The notes: a model not told the origin generated them from the sequence alone. Counted from the first letter of the stretch, positions 26,092 through 39,921 are shown. The stretch: DNA of 54,048 bases from Octopus bimaculoides (GCF_001194135.2 NC_068981.1:33879897-33933944); one strand, 5' to 3'. Program-made: numbers and translations.

Positions 26092-26294
26092 TTTTATCTT
26101 TTATCTTTTACTTGTTTCCGTCATTTGACTGCGGCCGTGTTGGGGCCCCGCCATGAAGAATATTTGGTCGAATGTACCGACCCCAATACTTATATTTTTT
26201 TAAACCTGGTACTTATTCTATCTCTCTGTTTTTCTGAACCGCTAAGTTACGGGACGTAAACACACCAGCACCGGTTTTCAAGCGGTTTGGAGGA

Positions 26295-26356
<62 letters not shown>

Positions 26357-26520
26357 ACACATATATATATATATACATATATATGACGGGATTCTTTCAG
26401 TTTCTGTCTACTAAATCCACTTCCAAGGCTTTGGTCGGTCCGAGGCTATAGTAGAAGACACTTGTGGCAAACATGAGGTTGGTAAGCAAGCTCCTTGCCA
26501 CACAACCACACCTGTGCCTG
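26092..26520 (-). mobile_element. SINE family B with an internal deletion and an expanded (CA)n
   Basis: (ATCTTTT)n tail, family B body, (CA)n at about 26297-26360; the head lacks part of the tRNA region. Confidence 0.85.
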
Positions 26521-27596
26521 AATATGTTTCAGTTTCTTAGATATCGTTTGTATATTACTTGCTAGAACTTGCCTGCAAATCAGATATTACACTTTCCACG
26601 TAGAAAAATAATTATGTATATTTTTGTCTAAGAGTAATTTCCATAAGGAAAAATAACAAGAATAAGTCAAGGGAATTAGATCAAAATTGACGTTAGATTT
26701 TCCGAGCTCCTTCACCTGCTTAGAGTTAAATTAAAAAAGAAATTCAAATTTCATTGTGTACAGCATCCACTATCTCAGTTTTTACATATATACATACGTC
26801 CTCACCATATATATAAACAAAATAAGAAAACAGAAGATGAATTTAGCACATCGCTATTACAAGTCAAAATCGTTTCGGCACCACTACCTTTTTAACGCCA
26901 TTACACAAATGATTTCATGTGAAAAGTTACGCAATATTTGCGGTTGATTACATATATGTTAGCTAGATGGTTTGATATTTTCTTTACGTTGATATTAAAT
27001 TTAATTGGTTTATTGTTTAATTAACAGTCGTATATTGCTCTTTTTCATTTTATCTTAATTTTGTTTTAGCAACCATTAATACACATTCTTAATAAGCAAT
27101 AATTTGTGACTGTTTATTCCTTTATATTTTAGCTTCTTTTATTATCTACTAATTTAATGTACGTTTATCCTGTAGGCAGTAATCTTTTTTGGGTTCCAAG
27201 TAAGTGATTTGCGCTAATTGTGCTGGTATCGCTTTTACATAAAACATGTGTGTTAGTCAACATGTATAATTATGGTTCGTGATTCTTTTTAATGTTAATT
27301 GTAATTCTAATTGGTTTATTGTTTGATTAACACAAGGGTAGTGTCTTTTTCATTTTAATTCCGTTGAGTTAGTCATTAATACAAAAGTTTAATAAGTTTA
27401 ACAAGTTTCATAAGTTTAATAAGCAGTAGTTTAATCCTTTCATTCCTCTTTATTTTAATTTCGTCATTAAGCACTAGTTTAATACTTGTTTAATCCTTTT
27501 AATTTCATCAATCGTAGTAAGTTGTAGGTATCAATCCTTTTAGATCTCGGGTGAGTCATATACTTTTTACATTTTATGTTATTATTAGTTTGGAAA

Positions 27597-27980
27597 GGGA
27601 GGCGCAATGGCTCAGTGGTTAGGGCAGCGGACTCGTGGTCATAGGTTCGCGGTTTCGATTCCCAGACCGGGCGTTGTGAGTGTTTATTGAGCGAAAACAC
27701 CTAAGGCTCCACGAGGCTCCGGCAGGGGATGGTGGCGAACCCTGCTGTACTCTTTCACAACAACTTTCTCTCACTCTTTCTTCCGGTTTCTGTTGTGCCT
27801 GTAATTCAAAGGGTCAGCTTTGTCACACTGTGTCACACTGAATATCCCCGAGAACTACGTTAAGGGTACACGTGTCTGTGGAGTGCTCAGCCACTTGCAC
27901 GTTAATTTCACGAGCAGGCTGTTCCGTTGATCGGATCAACTGAAACCCGTGACGTCGTAAGCGACGGAGTGCCAACAACA
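27597..27980 (+). mobile_element. tRNA-derived SINE family A, full length
   Basis: Perfect TSD AGTTTGGAAA at 27587-27596 and 27981-27990. Confidence 0.93.
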
Positions 27981-28484
27981 AGTTTGGAAAAGTATACGTT
28001 GTGTCATGTGATGTAGGGGCTCTATTCTATCACAAGTATATGTGTGTGGTATTTTTTTTTTCCATTACGCTACGTTTTATAATTTCTTGTCAGTGTTCAA
28101 ATATATTTTGAACTCTGTGAATACCACTGGATTGAACGGTACCGCTTGGTCGAAAGCACAATAATTTTCGACAGAGCAGCTGATGATGTAACGTCTATGT
28201 CTGCTTAAATTAAATTGCTGGTATTGTGAAGAGAATGTAGTTGTTCATACGCACCCCGCTTTTGTTTTGCTGTTTACTAATTTTGTGTCCTTCAGCTTAT
28301 CGATGTGATTTCCATTTGTAATCCTACCTGGAATAGGGCTAAGCCTAAGTCTTTCTTTTTTGTTCTTTCTATTGTCCATTATTTTTACGTAAAGATTTGT
28401 AAGAGTCGTATATTTGACTGGATTTTAGTTTGTTAATACGCTTCCTTATCAAGAAATGTGGTTTACAAGATTACATAATGATAA

Positions 28485-28528
28485 CAACACGAATAACAAC
28501 ACAAACAACAACAACAACAACAACAACA

Positions 28529-28578
<50 letters not shown>

Positions 28579-28619
28579 CGCTGCCACTGCTGGTGGTGGT
28601 GGTGGTGTTACTACTACTA

Positions 28620-28711
<92 letters not shown>

Positions 28712-28720
28712 GCTACTATT
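28485..28720. repeat. Compound trinucleotide microsatellite (AAC)n(TAC)n(GGT)n(TAC)n(TGC)n
   Basis: Directly visible. Confidence 0.95.
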
Positions 28721-29494
28721 TGAGACTTGTCAATTATATACGTTTACCTCTTTGAACAGTGACTCGTTACTACACAGTGGCGTCTAAAGAAATAAGTGAA
28801 CTGGATTATTTGAGATATAAATGTCTCAGAGATGGACGTATTGTAATGCTTGAGTGAAGATACGAACTGCTCCATCATCTCGACTGGTTGTCCAGTGATT
28901 TTGCTATTTAGTTATGTGAACACCGCTCTTTGGTGAGTTAATTATAAGGCATAAGAATGAATTCAGTGGAGAAATCTGGTTTGAGTTGGCTCGCTTGATT
29001 GCTTTTCTTTCATTTTTGTTCTTAAACTTTTAAACATCTGTGAACGAGAGAGAGGCATTCCATCTCAAATTAATAAGGATAATGTTGTTGATGCTTAGAT
29101 TAAACTTCTGCAGGTTGATGCATTGGTTTACAATTGGTTTTTCGTATGTTAAAGTAGGAAAGCGTGCTGGTCATTCAAATATTTTGTGGGGATGATATCT
29201 AGAATGCTTACTTTTAGCAGCTGTTCTGTTATAAATATCTGAGAAATATACTTGTGTGAAGTGTACTGAAGTGTATGTCTGTCTAGTATAGAGAGTCATC
29301 AGTTGAAGTACTTTCTGGCGCTGAAAAAAAAAAGGACTAGTTTTTTGGAATGCAATTTTGCCTATGATATAGTTATATGGCGGCCATGAGAGGACTCATT
29401 AGAATTTGTGGAGTCTAGCATTTGTAAAAGATTTTATATGTAAAGAGGTGGGAGTGGGTTGTTTTCTTGTCCCGTGAACATTTGAGGAAGTTGC

Positions 29495-30410
29495 ATAGAG
29501 ATGTTGGTTCATAAGGATAGGTATGAACAGTACTGGCGTACAAAAGGCAGCTTTTTGACATCAACTCCAGCAGGTCACGGTAAGGAACAGATATTTAACT
29601 ATATGGTCGATGCTATACTGTGTTGACGAGGATGATCCTAATGTGAATAAGAAAGGCAAAATATTATAAGTCGTGTCCAATCATTGATTATATCTTGCCA
29701 TGGTTTCAAAAACATTTTGTGTCTGAATGTGAGCTACCATTAATTGAAGGCATGATTCTGACCAAAAATGCATTATCCATAAAGCAATACATCAACGACA
29801 CACTCATTAGTTGGGGCTTGAAGACATTCTTGCTAACAGAAAGTACAAATGGTTACATTGTGAATGCTGAAGGATACACTGGGAGGAGACCGGATGCCCG
29901 GGCAGTTGATAATTTGGATGCCATGGGGAAGCTCGTAGTGCGAATGTCGGAGTGGCGTCAGGCCCAGAACTATTCACTATTCACGGACAGATTTTTATAC
30001 ATCAGTTGAGCTTACGGAATATTTATTGGATAAAGGCATAAGACTGTGGAACAACTTTGATCAACTGAAGGTCTTTCCCAAAGTGCATCAAAAGAACTAA
30101 CAGGCAAATTAAAAAAAGGGGAATCAGTGGTTGTATTGAACGGGATCGTAGCAGCGATGGCATAGATAGACAAACGCCCCATATATTTTGTTTCGCCAAT
30201 TTATGTGGATTCACCATTACCTCAGTCACTAGGTATGATCGTAATGAACACAGAAAGGCACCTGTCCCCTGTCCCCTGTCCCATGGCAGTTACAATAACT
30301 TCATGGGAGGAACAGACAAAAAACAGCCAAATGACGCGCCTGCAAAAGTGTCGACGTCATTACAAATGGCCTCGCCGATTAGTGATAAAGTTATTTATGT
30401 AAACATCATA
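29495..30410 (+). pseudogene. piggyBac (PGBD4-like) transposase remnant
   Basis: LVHKDRYEQYWRTK, IEGMILTKNALSIKQYI...WGLKTFLLTESTNGYIVNAEGYTG, LFTDRF, YLLDKGI, DKRPIYFVS and FMGGTDKNSQMTRLQKCRRHYKWPRRL follow the piggyBac DDD order; frameshifted. Confidence 0.85.
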
Positions 30411-31639
30411 TAAGCCTATGTTTTGCAGGGATTTTACAGACCCCAAGTCCAGCCTAACAAAAGAACCTTCACATGTGTAAAATTAGATGCCATTCCCACT
30501 CCACAGTCCAGTTAATGGACAAACAGTTGTAGAACTCCCCGTTACATATTTGCATATGAATTCATCTCAATTTCTAGAATTGTTTAACTTATAATATCAA
30601 GAGAAAATATATGATAAAACCATTTAAGATTGGGAAAAGCTGTGCATGTGTGTGTATATGTGTGTATGTGTGCGTGCATGTGTGTATTTGTGCGTGCGTG
30701 CATGTGTGAACCAGTGTTTATGTTATTGTGGAATGACCAGGGAATAATGAGACAACAAATTAGTGGAAGCTCAAAGGAGGATTTAAAGGGTTTTTGTTAG
30801 CATTAAATTACTAGATCAACATATAGATAAACCGTATAAGTGTATGTTAAGTAAGCATTGCAATCAATGGGTGTAGAAGAATTGCAATAAACCTCTGGCA
30901 GACAGACAGAAAACCAATTTTAAATGTTCCATATGCACACTAAATGAAGAATAATATTAATAACCATGGTTACTAAATATCATGCTCTGTGCAAGTTCAT
31001 ACTGCATCAAGTATTATTATTATGACTCGAGAAGACAGCTGCTGACCTGAGTAAGTAAGAATCAATGAAGTAAAACGAAATAAAAATAAAATTACCTTCA
31101 TGTTTCATCTCAAGTTAGCCCTGATTGAACAGACAAGTAGAATGGAATGTGGTGGTAGCTGGATGCTATTTCTAGCAGGTCGAGTGACCTTGTCGAGGAT
31201 CCCTCATTAGCGCGAAAGAAGAGAGCATTTTGGATTGCTATGAAAGAAAATAGAATGAAATATCTGACAAATAATAGCAAAAACTATTTCCACTTTCAAA
31301 TGAAGAATTCTATATGGTACATTGAGTACTTTTTCTACTGGTGGTAATCCAACGCGTAGTAATTTTAAAATTTTATTTTGCCATAATAAATCACGTTACA
31401 TTCTTTATTCTAACTACGCTCTGGAAAATCTTGTCAGCTCTTGGAAAGATTCTCATCTCTGTCTCACTTGGGTATCAGCAAAAGAGACAATCAGTTATTC
31501 CAATTCCAAGTTTCCTTTCTACCTTTATTTTAATGTATCCTTTGTTTCACCGCCTTCTTAATTGCCCCAAATAAGAGTTGTTAATCAACTGTTTCTGCCT
31601 TTTATCTCACCTCACATTCCTGAAGCTACCATATCTTTA

Positions 31640-32370
31640 TCTCTTTTCCTTCCAATTTCACATTGAGCATGCTCAACGAAACAATTCGCAAAATTTTCCT
31701 TCCATTCTTTCTGTGATTCATTCTGACAATTTTGAAAACTTCTCCGATCGTTCCGATGTTACAAAGCAACCAAGTCTAACGGTGTCTTTTTCATTGCTCT
31801 CAAACAACACGCCCTTTGTTACTTTCTGTACTCAACAAACATTTCAATCCTTTTCTGCTAAGAGCCATTTCAATCCACGCGAGCTTTCGAGTGTTTGTCT
31901 ACTTCCCAATAACGGCAGCCTCTCGGAATCTTCGAACTATCAACCTGTCACTTTCACTTTCACTTTCGATCCTCATACCCACTGCTCTTCAACTGGTTTT
32001 GTAAGGACACGTAATAAAGCTACCTTATATGGTGGAAGGGAGGGAGAAAGTTGTAAGTAACCGTATTCTTCACCATTTTCAGTTTCCTTCTCTTCTGAGT
32101 AGCCAGTACTGTTTACTTGTAGCTTGATCTACCAAGGAAAGTTTTCTCTTACATCATACACCAGTATTGTTGTCGCTCTTGATAACTTAGATGAAAGCAA
32201 TGATATGGCCCTTGGGATCAACAAAACGTTCAAATATGTTTTAAATGTCAATTTTCTAACTAAATTGCTTGATTACAGACTACATCTATCCTTCATCTCT
32301 TGGAGAGAAAGTTTATCAGACCTTTCCCTTATAGCCTGCACTGCTGAGAATCTCTTTCATTCAAATTCTT
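31640..32370 (+). mobile_element. Jockey/CR1-group LINE RT fragment (decayed)
   Basis: LLPNNGSLSESSNYQPVT (PKKG..S.PSNYRPIS-like) and DESNDMALGINKTF....FLTKLLDY....ISW (GES..VALDISKAFD...LL.KL.SYG-like). Confidence 0.65.
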
Positions 32371-32401
32371 CCAATTTTGATGCACTTTAAGGTTTGGTTA
32401 T

Positions 32402-32566
32402 GTTATGTCTCAAGCTACTGCTATCTAGCACCTTCGGATGATCGCTACTCAACCGTTACACAACTGCTACTCGACTGCTACTTAACGCACGTACCACGGT
32501 CAGACTACCTCTATTTATATGTCTTCGGAGATCCTACTTCTTCGCCTGGGGGCGTCGACACGACAG
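32402..32566 (+). repeat. Unclassified dispersed repeat, copy 1
   Basis: GTTATGTCTCAAGCTACTGCTATCTAGCACC...GGGGGCGTCGAC is homologous to 42415-42588 on the minus strand. Confidence 0.85.
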
Positions 32567-33627
32567 GTTATGTCTCATGTATTCTCCCCTCAGAACATCC
32601 TGGATCTATTTGCTGTTATTTATTACCTGCACCAATGATACTGCTCTTCGTGCAACGCAGACACCTCACACTAAACTTACTCTTTTCCTTTTGGCAGATA
32701 TCTTGAAAATAGCCTTCGATGGGAACATAGTATCATAGTCTTCATACATAGCAATAACAAATGCTACACATAACAAGGAAATAGTATTTCACTAGACCCC
32801 GTTCCGCTACACATGGATATTACAATTAAGACTCTCAAAATCGCTATAAAAGCTAGGTCACAACTGCTGCTATTCACCATTTGGGCGGGTACAGTTGTTC
32901 CATACACAAGTATCGTATCCACAGGATGCTAGTCTGGAATTTCTTCATCACTAGTTTTTTAAAAAAAATTCTATAATTTATTAACTTTTTTTTACTGTAA
33001 ATATTGATCTACAAAAATTCAAGCTGAAAAAAAGTTACTTCAAGCTCACCAAATTTAGAGAGTCTATAAACGGTAGAGAAGATGCTTTTTCTCTCACTTA
33101 TTAATTAAAAAATGTAAGGTTCAAGATGTTATAATTTGCGACAACATTGTTTGTAATCTGATATGTCAATACAAATCTCCAAATCTTTCGAAAATATACT
33201 ACGCTGATTTCCTTTCGAAATACTGATGTGGGGTTGCACATTTGTACAAGAAGGTGGAAAGAACCAGAGCACATAGAATCTTAGTCTTGGATTACATGAA
33301 AATACTGTTATTCCTTTGTTTTTGTTTTTTCATATATATTTCAATGACTGAAATACATCTGTAAATATTTTATTGTTTATACAATTCTTGTGAGAATTTC
33401 TGATCGTGATTCTTCGTTGGTGATACAACAACTTCTTTACAGTATCAAGTTTCTGTTATTGAGCTGTTATGCTGGCATGTTGCGATTCTGTGTATTCTAT
33501 TCTATTGTTATTAATTGTCATCAGTTTACTTCCGTCACTGCTAAATTCCATCCGAATATCAAGAATAATGGATTATATTACGAACTTGGCGTTGCTTATT
33601 TTTAGCCAACTGATGTATATCACAAGT

Positions 33628-33770
33628 GAGATCAAATACTACCGAAGTCATCTTTACCGTTCATCCTGCCAATGTCGAAAAAATAAAGTACCTGTCATGT
33701 ACTGGGATCGATATAATTGGCTAACCCCACTCCGTCTAAAACTGTTGGCTTTCTGCCAAAATTTGAAACA
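33628..33770 (+). mobile_element. Old SINE family C 3' fragment
   Basis: GAAGTCATCTTTACCGTTCATCCT...AAATAAAGTACC...TACTGGGATCGATATAATTGGCTAA is a diverged match. Confidence 0.55.
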
Positions 33771-34110
33771 ATATGTCATGAATAAATCATAGGTTCACAA
33801 TTTTTGCTTTCAAAACATTCTTTTAAATAAACATAAACCCATATAATTCATTATCGTTTGAATAACACCAGTAAATGACTGGTATTTATTGAATAGATTA
33901 ATTATTGTGAGGCATTTAATTTGGTGTTCTATGATTTCTACCGGTTCGCCATCCCACTTTAACAGCATTTATATGTTCCTTTCGGACCATTGTTAACAGA
34001 AAACAATTGTAAACGTCAATTACTTAATTATATATTCTTTCATTAAAATAAAACCTTTAATTTAAAAGAGTTGAAGGAATGAAAAATTAGAATATCAACG
34101 CACTTCCAAA

Positions 34111-35560
34111 ATACCGGGTTTGTACAAAAATAATTGCGGTTTTAACCATCAATTTTAAAACAATATAGCTCAGCTCAAACTAAATTTTATTAATCGAAAT
34201 ATTAACTAGTGAAATCTGCATAATTTTGTCCACAAGAACCACTTATTTCGGTAGCATTGGATTTTGGAGTTCTGGAATCGATGGAAGCATTTTGAGCAGT
34301 TGTTTGGCTGTTGGAAGTCCTATTTTTGCAGGAAGTTACTGAGGTACTTGGAAAAATTGGTAGTCAGTTAAGGAGTGATCTAGTGAGCACCACATTCCAA
34401 AGACTAGCCGTTCTTTCCATATCCAGAATATATTCTAGCTCCTAACAACTGCTGGCACACTGCAAAGCTCAGGTGAAGTTTTCAATAGAATACTTCTCCC
34501 ACATCATGGAGAGTGCTACTGCTACTTTCACAGATATTCCACACTGCATCTTGAGAAGGGCTACGTAACTAACTGGCTCTCAATCACTAACAGGTACATT
34601 CTAGCTTCTGGTTTAAGGTTGTGCTGTCTCTTGTCCCCGTGTTTCTGTTGCTACTATATTGGCTTTTGTTCTTCGAAACTGGCTGGTCTCGTATCTCCAC
34701 CACTCAGGCACGCCAACTCACTCCTCTCTTCACCTCTTGTCACCCTTGTTACGTCCAGCTCTCACTCTTCGCACTAACCGCTAAGGCTATCCTTTCTCCC
34801 CAGAACATTGCCCCCCCCCCCCTGGAATCCTCTCTCGGCTCATAATCTTTCCTGCAAATGATACATTGCNNNNNNNNNNCCCCCCCCCCCCTGGAATCCT
34901 CTCTCGGCTCATAATCTTTCCTGCAAATGATACATTGCCAAAAAACTCACTGGTCCCGGAGAGCCTACAAAAATCATGAGTACAGCCCCTTCTTTCAGGC
35001 TTAGAAAGTTAAAAAAGCTGGGTGCAATATAGTTGGGTGAAATATAGTTAGATGCGGTATAATTTCGTATCCCAATTCGTTCAATAACTTTTGTGAGACA
35101 TTTAACTGACGTTGTCAATGAAAAGAATCGGTCCTTTTTTAATGATCAATGCCGGACAGTAAATGTTGCAGTTCTTTTTGCATTTTGTCGATTTCCTGGC
35201 AATATTTCTCTGCTTTGAGGATTTCGCCAGGATCCAGCTTATCGAACACTATACAGTGACTATAAACTTCATTTAACCCAGTTTCGCTTCACTAAAATGT
35301 TTTCGTGCATCACAGCGGTACAGCCACTGCATGTAACATCTTTAGATGTGTAGAACCCATTTTTTGTCACATGTAAAGTTATATTGCGCAAAAGATGCAC
35401 AAAGCAGACTTCATAACAGCAATTTTGTCTTATTTTCATCGAGATGAACATAATGTAATTAACTAATATAACTGAAACCGCTCCAAATAGAAATTGAAAC
35501 TGAGTTGTACATAACTCGCTGAGATTTCTATTACTCCTTTTCCAATCTCAAAATGCATTG
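34111..35560 (-). mobile_element. Decayed mariner (DD34D) element split by a ~0.65-kb insertion
   Basis: Minus strand: TCDKKWVL, PGEILKAEKYCQEIDKM, LNELGYEIIPH, then after an unrelated block (about 34215-34810) YFD* and a mariner-type TIR AAAACCGCAATTATTTTTGTACAAACC ending near 34111. Confidence 0.72.
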
Positions 35561-35928
35561 GCATTCACCGCCTACAAGAGCCTAAATGTCACACAGACTC
35601 ATTCCAATTTTTCTCAATCACAAATTTCATGCTAAAAGCAGTTTCATTTCATTGGGATTCATCGATTATTGAAGTTTCACCATTATCATTTTTGGTAATT
35701 GGATTATTGTGATTAGAATAGCCAATAACAATATTTTGCTTTAATAACAATCAATTAAATTATGGCGAGTGTAAGATAGACAAATAAAGCAACAACATTA
35801 ACTACAACTGCAAAAGCCAGCAGCAGCAGCAGTAACAACAACAACAACAACAATAGCAACAACAAAAATAACAGCAATAGCCACAATAGCCAACAACAAT
35901 GGTAACCAACAACAACAACGATAGCCAA

Positions 35929-35963
<35 letters not shown>

Positions 35964-36697
35964 AACAAAACAAGGACAAATATAACAAGGTTGAAAATAG
36001 TATTTCGTTAATGAACTTGGGAATAATCAGCTCTAAAGCAACAGTTTCATATAGAAATTAAAATTGATAATAACAAGGTTTATATTATAAAAAACAAACA
36101 AAAACAAACAAAACGATGTATAATGAAAATATTTCATTAACATCAGCAGTAACATCATCAGCACTGCATTTCATTTACACATTAATGAGACAAACAACAC
36201 ATCTCTTAAATGAGATTTGAATAAATCATTAAAATAACAAAACAAAACAAAACAGCAAAAAAACAAATCAATAAATAAAGTAAACGAAAAAAAGAAAATA
36301 TTTATAATGAAAATGAAATGCGTATCATTAAGAATTTTTACGAAAACCGTCAATGGCTGTTCAAAAGTTCTTGAAGAAAAAATCACAGCTAATTTTCGTT
36401 GCTTATTAATAAACTTACAACTTTTGCTATTAGAACTTGAAATCGATGATAAGCCTTACTTCCGGATCGGAACTGAAGTTACATGAAAGTAAAGTTTGTT
36501 AGAAAATTAATCAGTGGTAGCCTCGTAGATCTATCGTTCAAGAAGAGGATTTACAAATACATTAAGATCTGAGTTAATGAATAATAGGTGTATAATAAAA
36601 ACTAGTAGAAATATCTGATTTTAATAACACTCAGAATAACACTCAAATAAAAACTACATCGGAGCTAGAAATTTCTCTTCCCTCCTATGTCTGATTC

Positions 36698-37095
36698 GTT
36701 GTTGTTTGTTGTTGTTGGCACTCCGTCGCCTACGACGACGAGGGTTCCAGTTGATCCGATCAACGGAACAGCCTGCTCGTCAAATTAACGTGCAAGTGGC
36801 TGAGCACTCCACAGACACGTGTACCCTTAACGTAGTTCTTGGGGATATTCAGCGTGACACAGAGTGTGACAAGGCTGACCCTTTGAATTACAGGCACAAC
36901 AAAAACAGGAAGTAAGAGTGAGAAAAAGTTGTGGTGGAAGAGTATATCAGGGTTCGCCACCATCCCCTGCCAGAGCCTCGTGGAGCTTTAGGTGTTTTCG
37001 CTCAATAAACACTCACAACGCCCGGTCTGGGAATCGAAACCGCGATCCTATGACCGCGAGTCCGCTGCCCTAACCACTGGGCCATTGCGCATCCA
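36698..37095 (-). mobile_element. tRNA-derived SINE family A, full length
   Basis: Collinear with the other A copies; degenerate TSD CTATGTCTGATTC / CTATGCTTGATTC. Confidence 0.92.
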
Positions 37096-39826
37096 CTATG
37101 CTTGATTCAGTAGAGTTTAATTACGCATATTTGTAATAAGAAAAAAAAAAGAAAAAAACAGAATCTTCCGAATCTGTTATAGAATAACTTAGGGTTTAAG
37201 TTTGACTTCGGAGTCTATCATAGAAACGTTCATTAGAGTTAAGCGACGTAGTCTGTTAAAAGATGTTGCAAATAATATATTTTGTCTATCATCGAGTTTT
37301 GCTGACAAGGCGAACTAAGTCTATATTTCTTTGTGAAAAGTATTATCTTCGATACAGTTCAATAATCTGTCTTGGTCTTTTACCGCAATACAGACAGATG
37401 AACAATAAGAGATATTTTACGACAAATATGTTACATCAGCAGAAGATTGCGGACTGTCGTCAACTTACTCTTTCTATTGAAGTGAAAACTCGAATTCATC
37501 CATTAACACACATTACAATAATCGATTTGATTTGGATATATATTACCATAATACAAATCAGTCAATGCCATAGTTCTGGTGAAAAAAAAAAAAAGCAATA
37601 AATAATAATCTCATAAATTCCTGATGACGGACAAGATCTATGATATGAATTGTAGGATGGGTTTCAGTCATAGATTAGCTTAATCTGTAATCCTTGCTCT
37701 TACTCTATTTCTACATCTGTTTTATGCCTTGATGCATTGCAACTAGCATAGCTAATACTCTAAGAAGCAGCCATCGCCTGTATATCTCATCAAATTACCA
37801 TCACTCATTTACAGGAAAATTGCTCGGTTCAAAAATGTCAGTCCTAAATGCGTTGACGTATCCTGGCGCTGTTCTACTCCAACAATCTCCCATACATTAC
37901 TTCACTGCAGGCCTCTCATCGGCGCTACCAGGACTACAACAAGACGACGACGACGACGACACCACCACCACCACCACCACCACTACCATCACCACCACCA
38001 CCACCACCGCAGACCAGAACCACATCAACAGTAACAGTAACAACGGTACTAAAACAACCACAAATTGTCTTCTTATATGTGATTCTTTGGTTAACTGTAC
38101 TGGAAGTATAGCTAACCAAAACAGTAGGTTACAGGAGTAAACTGGTAGTGTTCCGGTTATGTTTTGACTGAAGCAATAAGTGGTTATATAGAAATGTTCA
38201 CAAACTTAATCATACAACTACTTCAAGTTACAGAGTAGCTTAGTTGCATGTATTGTAACAATGAAGCTCAAGTGAACTAAAGACTTAACTTTAGCACTAA
38301 AACAAGCTCACTCAATTAATCGTGTCAGTGGATTAACATAAAAATCAGAACTAATCATTTTATGACACTTTAATCTCTGATTTTGTGTTTCAACCAGCGA
38401 ATGTCAGTTAAATTAAACCAAAAATAACGTAGTCATTTTTCAGTTATTTCGCTATTTCCTACATACTTCCCTCCCTNNNNNNNNNNNNNNNNNNNNNNNN
38501 NNNNNNNNNNNNNNNNNNNNNNNNNNNNNNNNNNNNNNNNNNNNNNNNNNNNNNNNNNNNNNNNNNNNNNNNNNNNNNNNNNNNNNNNNNNNNNNNNNNN
38601 NNNNNNNNNNNNNNNNNNNNNNNNNNNNNNNNNNNNNNNNNNNNNNNNNNNNNNNNNNNNNNNNNNNNNNNNNNNNNNNNNNNNNNNNNNNNNNNNNNNN
38701 NNNNTCCTTCCTTCCTTCCTTCCTTCCTTCCTTCCTTCCTTCCTTTTCTTTCTTCTCTTACGGAGAAAACATTTCAATATCAAAATGTTTAAGAGCCATA
38801 TGCCTCGCGTTTAGACGAATGAGTGCATGTAGTTCATATAATTCATACAAATACAGAATTAGACACATCACTCAAGACAGTTATAAAAGAACAACAACAA
38901 AAATTAGTTTCAGCTAATGCTTGGGAGCACACAGGCCATATTGAAATCTGTATTTAGTATTAGAAAACTGCTGACCAATAGGGACAAGTATAGGAATTAT
39001 TTACGTCTTACAAGTGACGCATGTTGATGCGTATAAGATTAACATTACTATGAATGATCATGTTGCGCTATTTAGATATTTTCGAATGCAGTGCGTAAGA
39101 ATTATTACACTTAGCAACAACATCGTTTCACAATTTTCAACATAGAATAGCGAACGTCGCAGATTAATAGATAAGATCTCGGAATGTCACTTCAATTATG
39201 TTGCTACTGGTTTGACAAAAGAATGAACATCACACAATCTCGTGTTCTAAAAAAAGTTTGACTTTCTAAGCTGGAAACGCATGTTTAGCTTAGGAACAAT
39301 CCATATGTTAACCTACAAAAATTGATTTGGTGCGAAGCCAGGAAAAGAAGTACGTTAAAGAAACTAAGTAAAGCCTTTTGAAGAATCATTATCAAGAGAA
39401 TATCTCTGTAAAATCTGAAGATATATACGAGTACAACATCGATTTTCCGGAACATTTGATCCCAAATCATCTCCGGATTACTGTTTTTCCAAACCAGAGG
39501 TGGGTTACCTCTAAATTAAACAAATATTAAATTAACTTCAATAATTAAATGAAATATAGATACCAGTACATTAGTATAAATGATGCTAGTTTATTAATCC
39601 TGTACTGAGTAAGGTAACAGTAAACTAGTCTGGTAGCTTCAAGAATTTGAAGTTCCTGCTCGTACATTCATGTGGATTATAAGAGGCTTCAGATCATCTG
39701 CGTAAGTCGTGTTGTTCCAGTATTAAAAAAGCAGATTAAACAATAAATATGCTCAAGGATCAAGCATTACTAAACAAACCAACTGGGTGGCTTTAATTAA
39801 ATAATTAATTTATTATTGCTTGTTAC

Positions 39827-39921
39827 CTTTCTGTGAATGTGATGTCAATAGTAACAGGTTTCCAGTAAGCCAATCCCTGCTTCATGGTATTTTTGAATGC
39901 ATCTTTAGCTGCATTCGTGTC
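39827..39921 (-). CDS. Candidate internal coding exon (DTNAAKDAFKNTMKQGLAYWKPVTIDITFTE), product unknown
   Basis: T-rich tract plus TAG acceptor, 95-nt open frame, and AG|GTAAC donor. The duplicate copy differs at 5 sites in this frame, all synonymous. Confidence 0.5.

Noticed and set aside
28030-29350. Possible decayed Penelope RT/GIY-YIG on the minus strand
   Set aside because: Faint hints (NHID, LSRH) but too degenerate to support without a profile search.
34811-34938. 59-bp direct repeat around a 10-N gap
   Set aside because: An exact overlap at a poly-C run; scaffolding artefact.
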